This document shows positions 13,801-28,615 of a stretch of 64,000 nucleotides of DNA, piece after piece (positions within the stretch are counted from its first letter, which is position 1; each line of letters starts with the position of its first letter). The translations under genes were made by a program, and so were the position numbers. The notes under the pieces are model-generated. The model ran no database searches. It was given only the letters and a program-made list of their open reading frames with translations, and was not told where the DNA came from. Source of the DNA: Nemertoderma westbladi. Lineage: Eukaryota; Animalia; Xenacoelomorpha. The DNA is taken from contig JAUCBJ010002874.1 in NCBI GenBank assembly GCA_032718475.1, positions 42,558-106,557 of the forward strand, read 5' to 3'.

Positions 13801-16800
13801 AAGAACGTAGAGGCATTCATAGTAAATGTATGGAGTAGGGAAAGAACGTAGAGGCATTCATAGTAAATGTATGGAGGAGGGAGAGAACGTAGAGGCATTC
13901 ATAGTAAATGAGTAGGGAGAGAACGTAGAGGCATTCATAGTAAATGAGGAGGGAGAGAACGTAGAGGCATTCATAGTAAATGAGGAGGGAGAGAACGTAG
14001 AGGCATTCATAGTAAATGAGTAGGGAAAGAACGTAGAGGCATTCATAGTAAATGAGGAGGGAGAGAACGTAGAGGCATTCATAGTAAATGTATGGAGTAG
14101 GGAAAGAACGTAGAGGCATTCATAGTAAATGTATGGAGTAGGGAAAGAACGTAGAGGCATTCATAGTAAATGTATGGAGGAGGGAGAGAACGTAGAGGCA
14201 TTCATAGTAAATGAGTAGGGAGAGAACGTAGAGGCATTCATAGTAAATGAGGAGGGAGAGAACGTAGAGGCATTCATAGTAAATGAGGAGGGAGAGAACG
14301 TAGAGGCATTCATAGTAAATGAGTAGGGAAAGAACGTAGAGGCATTCATAGTAAATGAGGAGGGAGAGAACGTAGAGGCATTCATAGTAAATGAGGAGGG
14401 AGAGAACGTAGAGGCATTCATAGTAAATGAGTAGGGAGAGAACGTAGAGGCATTCATAGTAAATGAGGAGGGAGAGAACGTAGAGGCATTCATAGTAAAT
14501 GAGTAGGGAAAGAACGTAGAGGCATTCATAGTAAATGTATGGAGTAGGGAAAGATCGTAGAGGCATTCATAGTAAATGTATGGAGTAGGGAAAGAACGTA
14601 GAGGCATTCATAGTAAATGAGGAGGGAAAGAACGTAGAGGCATTCATAGTAAATGTATGGAGTAGGGAAAGAACGTAGAGGCATTCATAGTAAATGTATG
14701 GAGTAGGGAAAGAACGTAGAGGCATTCATAGTAAATGTATGGAGTAGGGAAAGAACGTAGAGGCATTCATAGTAAATGAGTAGGGAGAGAACGTAGAGGC
14801 ATTCATAGTAAATGTATGGAGTAGGGAAAGAACGTAGAGGCATTCATAGTAAATGAGGAGGGAAAGAACGTAGAGGCATTCATAGTAAATGTATGGAGTA
14901 GGGAAAGAACGTAGAGGCATTCATAGTAAATGTATGGAGTAGGGAAAGAACGTAGAGGCATTCATAGTAAATGTATGGAGTAGGGAAAGAACGTAGAGGC
15001 ATTCATAGTAAATGAGTAGGGAGAGAACGTAGAGGCATTCATAGTAAATGTATGGAGTAGGGAAAGAACGTAGAGGCATTCATAGTAAATGTATGGAGGA
15101 GGGAAAGAACGTAGAGGCATTCATAGTAAATGTATGGAGTAGGGAAAGAACGTAGAGGCATTCATAGTAAATGTATGGAGTAGGGAAAGAACGTAGAGGC
15201 ATTCATAGTAAATGTATGGAGTAGGGAAAGAACGTAGAGGCATTCATAGTAAATGTATGGAGTAGGGAAAGAACGTAGAGGCATTCATAGTAAATGAGTA
15301 GGGAGAGAACGTAGAGGCATTCTTAGTAAATGAGGAGGGAGAGAACGTAGAGGCATTCATAGTAAATGTATGGAGTAGGGAGAGAACGTAGAGGCATTCA
15401 TAGTAAATGTATGGAGGAGGGAAAGAACGTAGAGGCATTCATAGTAAATGAGTAGGGGGAGAACGTAGAGGCATTCATAGTAAATGTATGGAGTAGGGAG
15501 AGAACGTAGAGGCATTCATAGTAAATGTATGGAGGAGGGAAAGAACGTAGAGGCATTCATAGTAAATGAGTAGGGGGAGAACGTAGAGGCATTCATAGTA
15601 AATGTATGGAGTAGGGAGAGAACGTAGAGGCATTCATAGTAAATGTATGGAGTAGGGAGAGAACGTAGAGGCATTCATAGTAAATGTATGGAGGAGGGAA
15701 AGAACGTAGAGGCATTCATAGTAAATGAGTAGGGGGAGAACGTAGAGGCATTCATAGTAAATGTATGGAGTAGGGAGAGAACGTAGAGGCATTCATAGTA
15801 AATGTATGGAGTAGGGAGAGAACGTAGAGGCATTCATAGTAAATGTATGGAGGAGGGAAAGAACGTAGAGGCATTCATAGTAAATGAGTAGGGGGAGAAC
15901 GTAGAGGCATTCATAGTAAATGTATGGAGTAGGGAGAGATCGTAGAGGCATTCATAGTAAATGTATGGAGGAGGGAGAGAACGTAGAGGCATTCATAGTA
16001 AATGTATGGAGTAGGGAAAGAACGTAGAGGCATTCATAGTAAATGAGGAGGGAGAGAACGTAGAGGCATTCATAGTAAATGTATGGAGTAGGGAGAGATC
16101 GTAGAGGCATTCATAGTAAATGTATGGAGTAGGGAAAGAACGTAGAGGCATTCATAGTAAATGTATGGAGTAGGGAAAGAACGTAGAGGCATTCATAGTA
16201 AATGAGGAGGGAGAGAACGTAGAGGCATTCATAGTAAATGTATGGAGTAGGGAAAGATCGTAGAGGCATTCATAGTAAATGTATGGAGTAGGGAAAGAAC
16301 GTAGAGGCATTCATAGTAAATGAGGAGGGAGAGAACGTAGAGGCATTCATAGTAAATGTATGGAGGAGGGAGAGAACGTAGAGGCATTCATAGTAAATGT
16401 ATGGAGGAGGGAGAGAACGTAGAGGCATTCATAGTAAATGTATGGAGTAGGGAAAGAACGTAGAGGCATTCATAGTAAATGAGGAGGGAGAGAACGTAGA
16501 GGCATTCATAGTAAATGTATGGAGTAGGGAGAGATCGTAGAGGCATTCATAGTAAATGTATGGAGTAGGGAAAGAACGTAGAGGCATTCATAGTAAATGT
16601 ATGGAGTAGGGAAAGAACGTAGAGGCATTCATAGTAAATGAGGAGGGAGAGAACGTAGAGGCATTCATAGTAAATGTATGGAGTAGGGAAAGATCGTAGA
16701 GGCATTCATAGTAAATGTATGGAGTAGGGAAAGAACGTAGAGGCATTCATAGTAAATGTATGGAGTAGGGAAAGATCGTAGAGGCATTCATAGTAAATGT

Positions 16801-17750
16801 ATGGAGTAGGGAAAGAACGTAGAGGCATTCATAGTAAATGTATGGAGTAGGGAAAGAACGTAGAGGCATTCATAGTAAATGTATGGAGTAGGGAAAGAAC
16901 GTAGAGGCATTCATAGTAAATGTATGGAGTAGGGAAAGAACGTAGAGGCATTCATAGTAAATGTATGGAGGAGGGAAAGAACGTAGAGGCATTCATAGTA
17001 AATGTATGGAGTAGGGAAAGAACGTAGAGGCATTCATAGTAAATGTATGGAGGAGGGAAAGAACGTAGAGGCATTCATAGTAAATGTATGGAGGAGGGAA
17101 AGAACGTAGAGGCATTCATAGTAAATGTATGGAGGAGGGAAAGAACGTAGAGGCATTCATAGTAAATGTATGGAGTAGGGAAAGAACGTAGAGGCATTCA
17201 TAGTAAATGAGTAGGGAAAGAACGTAGAGGCATTCATAGTAAATGTATGGAGTAGGGAAAGAACGTAGAGGCATTCATAGTAAATGTATGGAGTAGGGAA
17301 AGAACGTAGAGGCATTCATAGTAAATGAGTAGGGGGAGAACGTAGAGGCATTCATAGTAAATGTATGGAGGAGGGAGAGAACGTAGAGGCATTCATAGTA
17401 AATGTATGGAGGAGGGAGAGAACGTAGAGGCATTCATAGTAAATGTATGGAGGAGGGAGAGAACGTAGAGGCATTCATAGTAAATGTATGGAGTAGGGAA
17501 AGAACGTAGAGGCATTCATAGTAAATGTATGGAGGAGGGAGAGAACGTAGAGGCATTCATAGTAAATGAGTAGGGAGAGAACGTAGAGGCATTCATAGTA
17601 AATGAGGAGGGAGAGAACGTAGAGGCATTCATAGTAAATGAGTAGGGAAAGAACGTAGAGGCATTCATAGTAAATGTATGGAGTAGGGAAAGATCGTAGA
17701 GGCATTCATAGTAAATGTATGGAGTAGGGAAAGAACGTAGAGGCATTCAT
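10860..17750. repeat. Imperfect 3.7-3.9 kb higher-order duplication (about 10.9-14.6 kb versus 14.8-17.7 kb)
   Basis: Variant order matches at +3945 (11071/15016; ORFs 11299/15244) and at +3699 (12241/15940, 13622/17321). The copies differ by whole-monomer gains and losses. Confidence 0.8.
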
Positions 17751-20689
17751 AGTAAATGTATGGAGTAGGGAAAGAACGTAGAGGCATTCATAGTAAATGT
17801 ATGGAGTAGGGAAAGAACGTAGAGGCATTCATAGTAAATGTATGGAGGAGGGAAAGAACGTAGAGGCATTCATAGTAAATGTATGGAGTAGGGAAAGAAC
17901 GTAGAGGCATTCATAGTAAATGTATGGAGGAGGGAAAGAACGTAGAGGCATTCATAGTAAATGTATGGAGTAGGGAAAGAACGTAGAGGCATTCATAGTA
18001 AATGAGTAGGGAAAGAACGTAGAGGCATTCATAGTAAATGTATGGAGTAGGGAAAGAACGTAGAGGCATTCATAGTAAATGTATGGAGTAGGGAAAGAAC
18101 GTAGAGGCATTCATAGTAAATGTATGGAGTAGGGAAAGAACGTAGAGGCATTCATAGTAAATGTATGGAGTAGGGAAAGAACGTAGAGGCATTCATAGTA
18201 AATGAGGAGGGAGAGAACGTAGAGGCATTCATAGTAAATGAGTAGGGGGAGAACGTAGAGGCATTCATAGTAAATGAGTAGGGAAAGAACGTAGAGGCAT
18301 TCATAGTAAATGTATGGAGTAGGGAAAGAACGTAGAGGCATTCATAGTAAATGTATGGAGTAGGGAAAGAACGTAGAGGCATTCATAGTAAATGTATGGA
18401 GTAGGGAAAGAACGTAGAGGCATTCATAGTAAATGAGTAGGGAGAGAACGTAGAGGCATTCATAGTAAATGTATGGAGTAGGGAAAGAACGTAGAGGCAT
18501 TCATAGTAAATGTATGGAGTAGGGAAAGAACGTAGAGGCATTCATAGTAAATGTATGGAGTAGGGAAAGAACGTAGAGGCATTCATAGTAAATGTATGGA
18601 GGAGGGAAAGAACGTAGAGGCATTCATAGTAAATGTATGGAGTAGGGAAAGAACGTAGAGGCATTCATAGTAAATGTATGGAGGAGGGAAAGAACGTAGA
18701 GGCATTCATAGTAAATGTATGGAGTAGGGAAAGAACGTAGAGGCATTCATAGTAAATGTATGGAGTAGGGAAAGAACGTAGAGGCATTCATAGTAAATGA
18801 GTAGGGAAAGAACGTAGAGGCATTCATAGTAAATGTATGGAGTAGGGAAAGAACGTAGAGGCATTCATAGTAAATGTATGGAGTAGGGAAAGAACGTAGA
18901 GGCATTCATAGTAAATGTATGGAGTAGGGAAAGAACGTAGAGGCATTCATAGTAAATGTATGGAGGAGGGAAAGAACGTAGAGGCATTCATAGTAAATGT
19001 ATGGAGTAGGGAAAGAACGTAGAGGCATTCATAGTAAATGAGGAGGGAGAGAACGTAGAGGCATTCATAGTAAATGAGTAGGGGGAGAACGTAGAGGCAT
19101 TCATAGTAAATGAGTAGGGAAAGAACGTAGAGGCATTCATAGTAAATGTATGGAGGAGGGAAAGAACGTAGAGGCATTCATAGTAAATGTATGGAGTAGG
19201 GAAAGAACGTAGAGGCATTCATAGTAAATGAGGAGGGAGAGAACGTAGAGGCATTCATAGTAAATGAGTAGGGGGAGAACGTAGAGGCATTCATAGTAAA
19301 TGAGTAGGGAAAGAACGTAGAGGCATTCATAGTAAATGTATGGAGTAGGGAAAGAACGTAGAGGCATTCATAGTAAATGTATGGAGTAGGGAAAGAACGT
19401 AGAGGCATTCATAGTAAATGAGGAGGGAGAGAACGTAGAGGCATTCATAGTAAATGAGTAGGGGGAGAACGTAGAGGCATTCATAGTAAATGAGTAGGGA
19501 AAGAACGTAGAGGCATTCATAGTAAATGAGTAGGGAAAGAACGTAGAGGCATTCATAGTAAATGTATGGAGTAGGGAAAGAACGTAGAGGCATTCATAGT
19601 AAATGTATGGAGGAGGGACGGAACGTAGAGGCATTCATAGTAAATGTATGGAGTAGGGAAAGAACGTAGAGGCATTCATAGTAAATGAGGAGGGAAAGAA
19701 CGTAGAGGCATTCATAGTAAATGAGTAGGGGGAGAACGTAGAGGCATTCATAGTAAATGAGGAGGGAGAGAACGTAGAGGCATTCATAGTAAATGAGTAG
19801 GGGGAGAACGTAGAGGCATTCATAGTAAATGTATGGAGTAGGGAAAGAACGTAGAGGCATTCATAGTAAATGAGGAGGGGGAGAACGTAGAGGCATTCAT
19901 AGTAAATGAGTAGGGAAAGAACGTAGAGGCATTCATAGTAAATGTATGGAGGAGGGAAAGAACGTAGAGGCATTCATAGTAAATGTATGGAGTAGGGAAA
20001 GAACGTAGAGGCATTCATAGTAAATGAGGAGGGAGAGAACGTAGAGGCATTCATAGTAAATGAGTAGGGGGAGAACGTAGAGGCATTCATAGTAAATGAG
20101 TAGGGAAAGAACGTAGAGGCATTCATAGTAAATGTATGGAGGAGGGAAAGAACGTAGAGGCATTCATAGTAAATGTATGGAGTAGGGAAAGAACGTAGAG
20201 GCATTCATAGTAAATGAGGAGGGAGAGAACGTAGAGGCATTCATAGTAAATGAGTAGGGGGAGAACGTAGAGGCATTCATAGTAAATGAGTAGGGAAAGA
20301 ACGTAGAGGCATTCATAGTAATGTATGGAGTAGGGAAAGAACGTAGAGGCATTCATAGTAAATGAGTAGGGGGAGAACGTAGAGGCATTCATAGTAAATG
20401 AGGTAGGGAGAGAACGTAGAGGCATTCATAGTAAATGAGTAGGGGGAGAACGTAGAGGCATTCATAGTAAATGAGTAGGGAAAGAACGTAGAGGCATTCA
20501 TAGTAAATGTATGGAGGAGGGAACGAACGTAGAGGCATTCATAGTAAATGTATGGAGTAGGGAAAGAACGTAGAGGCATTCATAGTAAATGAGTAGGGGG
20601 AGAACGTAGAGGCATTCATAGTAAATGAGTAGGGAAAGAACGTAGAGGCATTCATAGTAAATGTATGGAGGAGGGAAAGAACGTAGAGG

Positions 20690-23600
20690 CATTCATAGTA
20701 AATGTATGGAGTAGGGAAAGAACGTAGAGGCATTCATAGTAAATGAGGAGGGAGAGAACGTAGAGGCATTCATAGTAAATGAGTAGGGGGAGAACGTAGA
20801 GGCATTCATAGTAAATGAGTAGGGAAAGAACGTAGAGGCATTCATAGTAAATGAGTAGGGAAAGAACGTAGAGGCATTCATAGTAAATGTATGGAGTAGG
20901 GAAAGAACGTAGAGGCATTCATAGTAAATGTATGGAGGAGGGACGGAGCGTAGAGGCATTCATAGTAAATGTATCGAGGAGGGAAAGAACGTAGAGGCAT
21001 TCATAGTAAATGAGTGGAGTAGGGAGAGAACGTAGAGGCATTCATAGTAAATGTATGGAGTAGGGAAAGAACGTAGAGGCATTCATAGTAAATGAGTAGG
21101 GGGAGAACGTAGAGGCATTCATAGTAAATGTATGGAGTAGGGAAAGAACGTAGAGGCATTCATAGTAAATGAGTAGGGGGAGAACGTAGAGGCATTCATA
21201 GTAAATGTATGGAGTAGGGAAAGAACGTAGAGGCATTCATAGTAAATGAGTAGGGGGAGAACGTAGAGGCATTCATAGTAAATGAGTAGGGAAAGAACGT
21301 AGAGGCATTCATAGTAAATGTATGGAGGAGGGAAAGAACGTAGAGGCATTCATAGTAAATGTATGGAGTAGGGAAAGAACGTAGAGGCATTCATAGTAAA
21401 TGAGGAGGGAGAGAACGTAGAGGCATTCATAGTAAATGAGTAGGGGGAGAACGTAGAGGCATTCATAGTAAATGAGTAGGGAAAGAACGTAGAGGCATTC
21501 ATAGTAAATGAGTAGGGAAAGAACGTAGAGGCATTCATAGTAAATGTATGGAGTAGGGAAAGAACGTAGAGGCATTCATAGTAAATGTATGGAGGAGGGA
21601 CGGAGCGTAGAGGCATTCATAGTAAATGTATGGAGTAGGGAAAGAACGTAGAGGCATTCATAGTAAATGTATGGAGTAGGGAGAGAACGTAGAGGCATTC
21701 ATAGTAAATGTATGGAGGAGGGAAAGAACGTAGAGGCATTCATAGTAAATGTATGGAGTAGGGAAAGAACGTAGAGGCATTCATAGTAAATGAGGAGGGA
21801 GAGATCGTAGAGGCATTCATAGTAAATGAGTAGGGAAAGAACGTAGAGGCATTCATAGTAAATGAGTAGGGGGAGAACGTAGAGGCATTCATAGTAAATG
21901 TATGGAGTAGGGAAAGAACGTAGAGGCATTCATAGTAAATGTATGGAGTAGGGAGAGAACGTAGAGGCATTCATAGTAAATGTATGGAGGAGGGAAAGAA
22001 CGTAGAGGCATTCATAGTAAATGTATGGAGTAGGGAAAGAACGTAGAGGCATTCATAGTAAATGAGGAGGGAGAGATCGTAGAGGCATTCATAGTAAATG
22101 AGTAGGGAAAGAACGTAGAGGCATTCATAGTAAATGAGTAGGGGGAGAACGTAGAGGCATTCATAGTAAATGTATGGAGTAGGGAAAGAACGTAGAGGCA
22201 TTCATAGTAAATGTATGGAGTAGGGAAAGAACGTAGAGGCATTCATAGTAAATGTATGGAGTAGGGAAAGAACGTAGAGGCATTCATAGTAAATGTATGG
22301 AGTAGGGAAAGAACGTAGAGGCATTCATAGTAAATGAGGAGGGAGAGAACGTAGAGGCATTCATAGTAAATGAGTAGGGGGAGAACGTAGAGGCATTCAT
22401 AGTAAATGAGTAGGGGGAGAACGTAGAGGCATTCATAGTAAATGAGTAGGGAAAGAACGTAGAGGCATTCATAGTAAATGTATGGAGTAGGGAAAGAACG
22501 TAGAGGCATTCATAGTAAATGTATGGAGTAGGGAAAGAACGTAGAGGCATTCATAGTAAATGAGGAGGGAGAGAACGTAGAGGCATTCATAGTAAATGTA
22601 TGGAGTAGGGAGAGATCGTAGAGGCATTCATAGTAAATGTATGGAGTAGGGAAAGAACGTAGAGGCATTCATAGTAAATGTATGGAGTAGGGAAAGAACG
22701 TAGAGGCATTCATAGTAAATGAGGAGGGAGAGAACGTAGAGGCATTCATAGTAAATGTATGGAGTAGGGAAAGATCGTAGAGGCATTCATAGTAAATGTA
22801 TGGAGTAGGGAAAGAACGTAGAGGCATTCATAGTAAATGTATGGAGTAGGGAAAGATCGTAGAGGCATTCATAGTAAATGTATGGAGTAGGGAAAGAACG
22901 TAGAGGCATTCATAGTAAATGTATGGAGTAGGGAAAGAACGTAGAGGCATTCATAGTAAATGTATGGAGTAGGGAAAGAACGTAGAGGCATTCATAGTAA
23001 ATGTATGGAGTAGGGAAAGAACGTAGAGGCATTCATAGTAAATGTATGGAGGAGGGAAAGAACGTAGAGGCATTCATAGTAAATGTATGGAGTAGGGAAA
23101 GAACGTAGAGGCATTCATAGTAAATGTATGGAGTAGGGAAAGAACGTAGAGGCATTCATAGTAAATGTATGGAGGAGGGAAAGAACGTAGAGGCATTCAT
23201 AGTAAATGTATGGAGTAGGGAAAGAACGTAGAGGCATTCATAGTAAATGTATGGAGGAGGGAAAGAACGTAGAGGCATTCATAGTAAATGTATGGAGGAG
23301 GGAAAGAACGTAGAGGCATTCATAGTAAATGTATGGAGGAGGGAAAGAACGTAGAGGCATTCATAGTAAATGTATGGAGTAGGGAAAGAACGTAGAGGCA
23401 TTCATAGTAAATGAGTAGGGAAAGAACGTAGAGGCATTCATAGTAAATGTATGGAGTAGGGAAAGAACGTAGAGGCATTCATAGTAAATGTATGGAGTAG
23501 GGAAAGAAGAACGTAGAGGCATTCATAGTAAATGTATGGAGTAGGGAAAGAACGTAGAGGCATTCATAGTAAATGTATGGAGTAGGGAAAGAAGAACGTA

Positions 23601-26600
23601 GAGGCATTCATAGTAAATGTATGGAGTAGGGAAAGAACGTAGAGGCATTCATAGTAAATGAGGAGGGAGAGAACGTAGAGGCATTCATAGTAAATGAGTA
23701 GGGGGAGAACGTAGAGGCATTCATAGTAAATGAGTAGGGAAAGAACGTAGAGGCATTCATAGTAAATGAGGAGGGAGAGAACGTAGAGGCATTCATAGTA
23801 AATGAGGAGGGAGAGAACGTAGAGGCATTCATAGTAAATGTATGGAGGAGGGAAAGAACGTAGAGGCATTCATAGTAAATGTATGGAGTAGGGAAAGAAC
23901 GTAGAGGCATTCATAGTAAATGTATGGAGTAGGGAAAGAACGTAGAGGCATTCATAGTAAATGTATGGAGTAGGGAAAGAACGTAGAGGCATTCATAGTA
24001 AATGTATGGAGTAGGGAAAGAACGTAGAGGCATTCATAGTAAATGTATGGAGTAGGGAAAGAACGTAGAGGCATTCATAGTAAATGAGGAGGGAGAGAAC
24101 GTAGAGGCATTCATAGTAAATGTATGGAGTAGGGAAAGAACGTAGAGGCATTCATAGTAAATGTATGGAGTAGGGAAAGAACGTAGAGGCATTCATAGTA
24201 AATGTATGGAGTAGGGAAAGAACGTAGAGGCATTCATAGTAAATGTATGGAGTAGGGAAAGAACGTAGAGGCATTCATAGTAAATGTATGGAGTAGGGAA
24301 AGAACGTAGAGGCATTCATAGTAAATGTATGGAGTAGGGAAAGAACGTAGAGGCATTCATAGTAAATGAGGAGGGAAAGAACGTAGAGGCATTCATAGTA
24401 AATGTATGGAGTAGGGAAAGAACGTAGAGGCATTCATAGTAAATGTATGGAGGAGGGAAAGAACGTAGAGGCATTCATAGTAAATGTATGGAGTAGGGAA
24501 AGAACGTAGAGGCATTCATAGTAAATGTATGGAGTAGGGAAAGAACGTAGAGGCATTCATAGTAAATGTATGGAGTAGGGAAAGAACGTAGAGGCATTCA
24601 TAGTAAATGAGTAGGGAAAGAACGTAGAGGCATTCATAGTAAATGTATGGAGTAGGGAAAGAACGTAGAGGCATTCATAGTAAATGTATGGAGTAGGGAA
24701 AGAACGTAGAGGCATTCATAGTAAATGAGGAGGGAGAGAACGTAGAGGCATTCATAGTAAATGAGTAGGGAAAGAACGTAGAGGCATTCATAGTAAATGT
24801 ATGGAGTAGGGAAAGAACGTAGAGGCATTCATAGTAAATGAGGAGGGAGAGAACGTAGAGGCATTCATAGTAAATGAGTAGGGGGAGAACGTAGAGGCAT
24901 TCATAGTAAATGAGTAGGGAAAGAACGTAGAGGCATTCATAGTAAATGAGTAGGGAAAGAACGTAGAGGCATTCATAGTAAATGTATGGAGTAGGGAAAG
25001 AACGTAGAGGCATTCATAGTAAATGTATGGAGGAGGGACGGAGCGTAGAGGCATTCATAGTAAATGTATCGAGGAGGGAAAGAACGTAGAGGCATTCATA
25101 GTAAATGAGTGGAGTAGGGAGAGAACGTAGAGGCATTCATAGTAAATGTATGGAGTAGGGAAAGAACGTAGAGGCATTCATAGTAAATGAGTAGGGGGAG
25201 AACGTAGAGGCATTCATAGTAAATGTATGGAGTAGGGAAAGAACGTAGAGGCATTCATAGTAAATGAGTAGGGGGAGAACGTAGAGGCATTCATAGTAAA
25301 TGTATGGAGTAGGGAAAGAACGTAGAGGCATTCATAGTAAATGAGTAGGGGGAGAACGTAGAGGCATTCATAGTAAATGAGTAGGGAAAGAACGTAGAGG
25401 CATTCATAGTAAATGTATGGAGGAGGGAAAGAACGTAGAGGCATTCATAGTAAATGTATGGAGTAGGGAAAGAACGTAGAGGCATTCATAGTAAATGAGG
25501 AGGGAGAGAACGTAGAGGCATTCATAGTAAATGAGTAGGGGGAGAACGTAGAGGCATTCATAGTAAATGAGTAGGGAAAGAACGTAGAGGCATTCATAGT
25601 AAATGAGTAGGGAAAGAACGTAGAGGCATTCATAGTAAATGTATGGAGTAGGGAAAGAACGTAGAGGCATTCATAGTAAATGTATGGAGGAGGGACGGAG
25701 CGTAGAGGCATTCATAGTAAATGTATGGAGTAGGGAAAGAACGTAGAGGCATTCATAGTAAATGTATGGAGTAGGGAGAGAACGTAGAGGCATTCATAGT
25801 AAATGTATGGAGGAGGGAAAGAACGTAGAGGCATTCATAGTAAATGTATGGAGTAGGGAAAGAACGTAGAGGCATTCATAGTAAATGAGGAGGGAGAGAA
25901 CGTAGAGGCATTCATAGTAAATGAGTAGGGGGAGAACGTAGAGGCATTCATAGTAAATGTATGGAGTAGGGAAAGAACGTAGAGGCATTCATAGTAAATG
26001 TATGGAGTAGGGAAAGAACGTAGAGGCATTCATAGTAAATGTATGGAGTAGGGAAAGAACGTAGAGGCATTCATAGTAAATGTATGGAGTAGGGAAAGAA
26101 CGTAGAGGCATTCATAGTAAATGAGGAGGGAGAGAACGTAGAGGCATTCATAGTAAATGAGTAGGGGGAGAACGTAGAGGCATTCATAGTAAATGAGTAG
26201 GGGGAGAACGTAGAGGCATTCATAGTAAATGAGTAGGGAAAGAACGTAGAGGCATTCATAGTAAATGTATGGAGTAGGGAAAGAACGTAGAGGCATTCAT
26301 AGTAAATGTATGGAGTAGGGAAAGAACGTAGAGGCATTCATAGTAAATGAGGAGGGAGAGAACGTAGAGGCATTCATAGTAAATGTATGGAGTAGGGAGA
26401 GATCGTAGAGGCATTCATAGTAAATGTATGGAGTAGGGAAAGAACGTAGAGGCATTCATAGTAAATGTATGGAGTAGGGAAAGAACGTAGAGGCATTCAT
26501 AGTAAATGAGGAGGGAGAGAACGTAGAGGCATTCATAGTAAATGTATGGAGTAGGGAAAGATCGTAGAGGCATTCATAGTAAATGTATGGAGTAGGGAAA

Positions 26601-28615
26601 GAACGTAGAGGCATTCATAGTAAATGTATGGAGTAGGGAAAGATCGTAGAGGCATTCATAGTAAATGTATGGAGTAGGGAAAGAACGTAGAGGCATTCAT
26701 AGTAAATGTATGGAGTAGGGAAAGAACGTAGAGGCATTCATAGTAAATGTATGGAGTAGGGAAAGAACGTAGAGGCATTCATAGTAAATGTATGGAGTAG
26801 GGAAAGAACGTAGAGGCATTCATAGTAAATGTATGGAGGAGGGAAAGAACGTAGAGGCATTCATAGTAAATGTATGGAGTAGGGAAAGAACGTAGAGGCA
26901 TTCATAGTAAATGTATGGAGTAGGGAAAGAACGTGGAGGCATTCATAGTAAATGTATGGAGGAGGGAAAGAACGTAGAGGCATTCATAGTAAATGTATGG
27001 AGGAGGGAAAGAACGTAGAGGCATTCATAGTAAATGTATGGAGTAGGGAAAGAACGTAGAGGCATTCATAGTAAATGTATGGAGGAGGGAAAGAACGTAG
27101 AGGCATTCATAGTAAATGTATGGAGGAGGGAAAGAACGTAGAGGCATTCATAGTAAATGTATGGAGGAGGGAAAGAACGTAGAGGCATTCATAGTAAATG
27201 TATGGAGTAGGGAAAGAACGTAGAGGCATTCATAGTAAATGAGTAGGGAAAGAACGTAGAGGCATTCATAGTAAATGTATGGAGTAGGGAAAGAACGTAG
27301 AGGCATTCATAGTAAATGTATGGAGTAGGGAAAGAAGAACGTAGAGGCATTCATAGTAAATGTATGGAGTAGGGAAAGAACGTAGAGGCATTCATAGTAA
27401 ATGTATGGAGTAGGGAAAGAAGAACGTAGAGGCATTCATAGTAAATGTATGGAGTAGGGAAAGAACGTAGAGGCATTCATAGTAAATGAGGAGGGAGAGA
27501 ACGTAGAGGCATTCATAGTAAATGAGTAGGGGGAGAACGTAGAGGCATTCATAGTAAATGAGTAGGGAAAGAACGTAGAGGCATTCATAGTAAATGAGGA
27601 GGGAGAGAACGTAGAGGCATTCATAGTAAATGAGGAGGGAGAGAACGTAGAGGCATTCATAGTAAATGTATGGAGGAGGGAAAGAACGTAGAGGCATTCA
27701 TAGTAAATGTATGGAGTAGGGAAAGAACGTAGAGGCATTCATAGTAAATGTATGGAGTAGGGAAAGAACGTAGAGGCATTCATAGTAAATGTATGGAGTA
27801 GGGAAAGAACGTAGAGGCATTCATAGTAAATGTATGGAGTAGGGAAAGAACGTAGAGGCATTCATAGTAAATGTATGGAGTAGGGAAAGAACGTAGAGGC
27901 ATTCATAGTAAATGAGGAGGGAGAGAACGTAGAGGCATTCATAGTAAATGTATGGAGTAGGGAAAGAACGTAGAGGCATTCATAGTAAATGTATGGAGTA
28001 GGGAAAGAACGTAGAGGCATTCATAGTAAATGTATGGAGTAGGGAAAGAACGTAGAGGCATTCATAGTAAATGTATGGAGTAGGGAAAGAACGTAGAGGC
28101 ATTCATAGTAAATGTATGGAGTAGGGAAAGAACGTAGAGGCATTCATAGTAAATGTATGGAGTAGGGAAAGAACGTAGAGGCATTCATAGTAAATGAGGA
28201 GGGAAAGAACGTAGAGGCATTCATAGTAAATGTATGGAGTAGGGAAAGAACGTAGAGGCATTCATAGTAAATGTATGGAGGAGGGAAAGAACGTAGAGGC
28301 ATTCATAGTAAATGTATGGAGTAGGGAAAGAACGTAGAGGCATTCATAGTAAATGTATGGAGTAGGGAAAGAACGTAGAGGCATTCATAGTAAATGTATG
28401 GAGTAGGGAAAGAACGTAGAGGCATTCATAGTAAATGAGTAGGGAAAGAACGTAGAGGCATTCATAGTAAATGTATGGAGTAGGGAAAGAACGTAGAGGC
28501 ATTCATAGTAAATGTATGGAGTAGGGAAAGAACGTAGAGGCATTCATAGTAAATGAGGAGGGAGAGAACGTAGAGGCATTCATAGTAAATGAGTAGGGAA
28601 AGAACGTAGAGGCAT
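20690..28615. repeat. Tandem duplication of about 4 kb: copy 1 about 20690-24785 (4095 bp), copy 2 about 24785-28615 (3828 bp)
   Basis: Rare markers GTATCGAGG (20971/25066) and TGAGTGGAGT (21011/25106) recur at +4095. ORF-track offsets step 4095, 3787, 3828. Confidence 0.9.
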
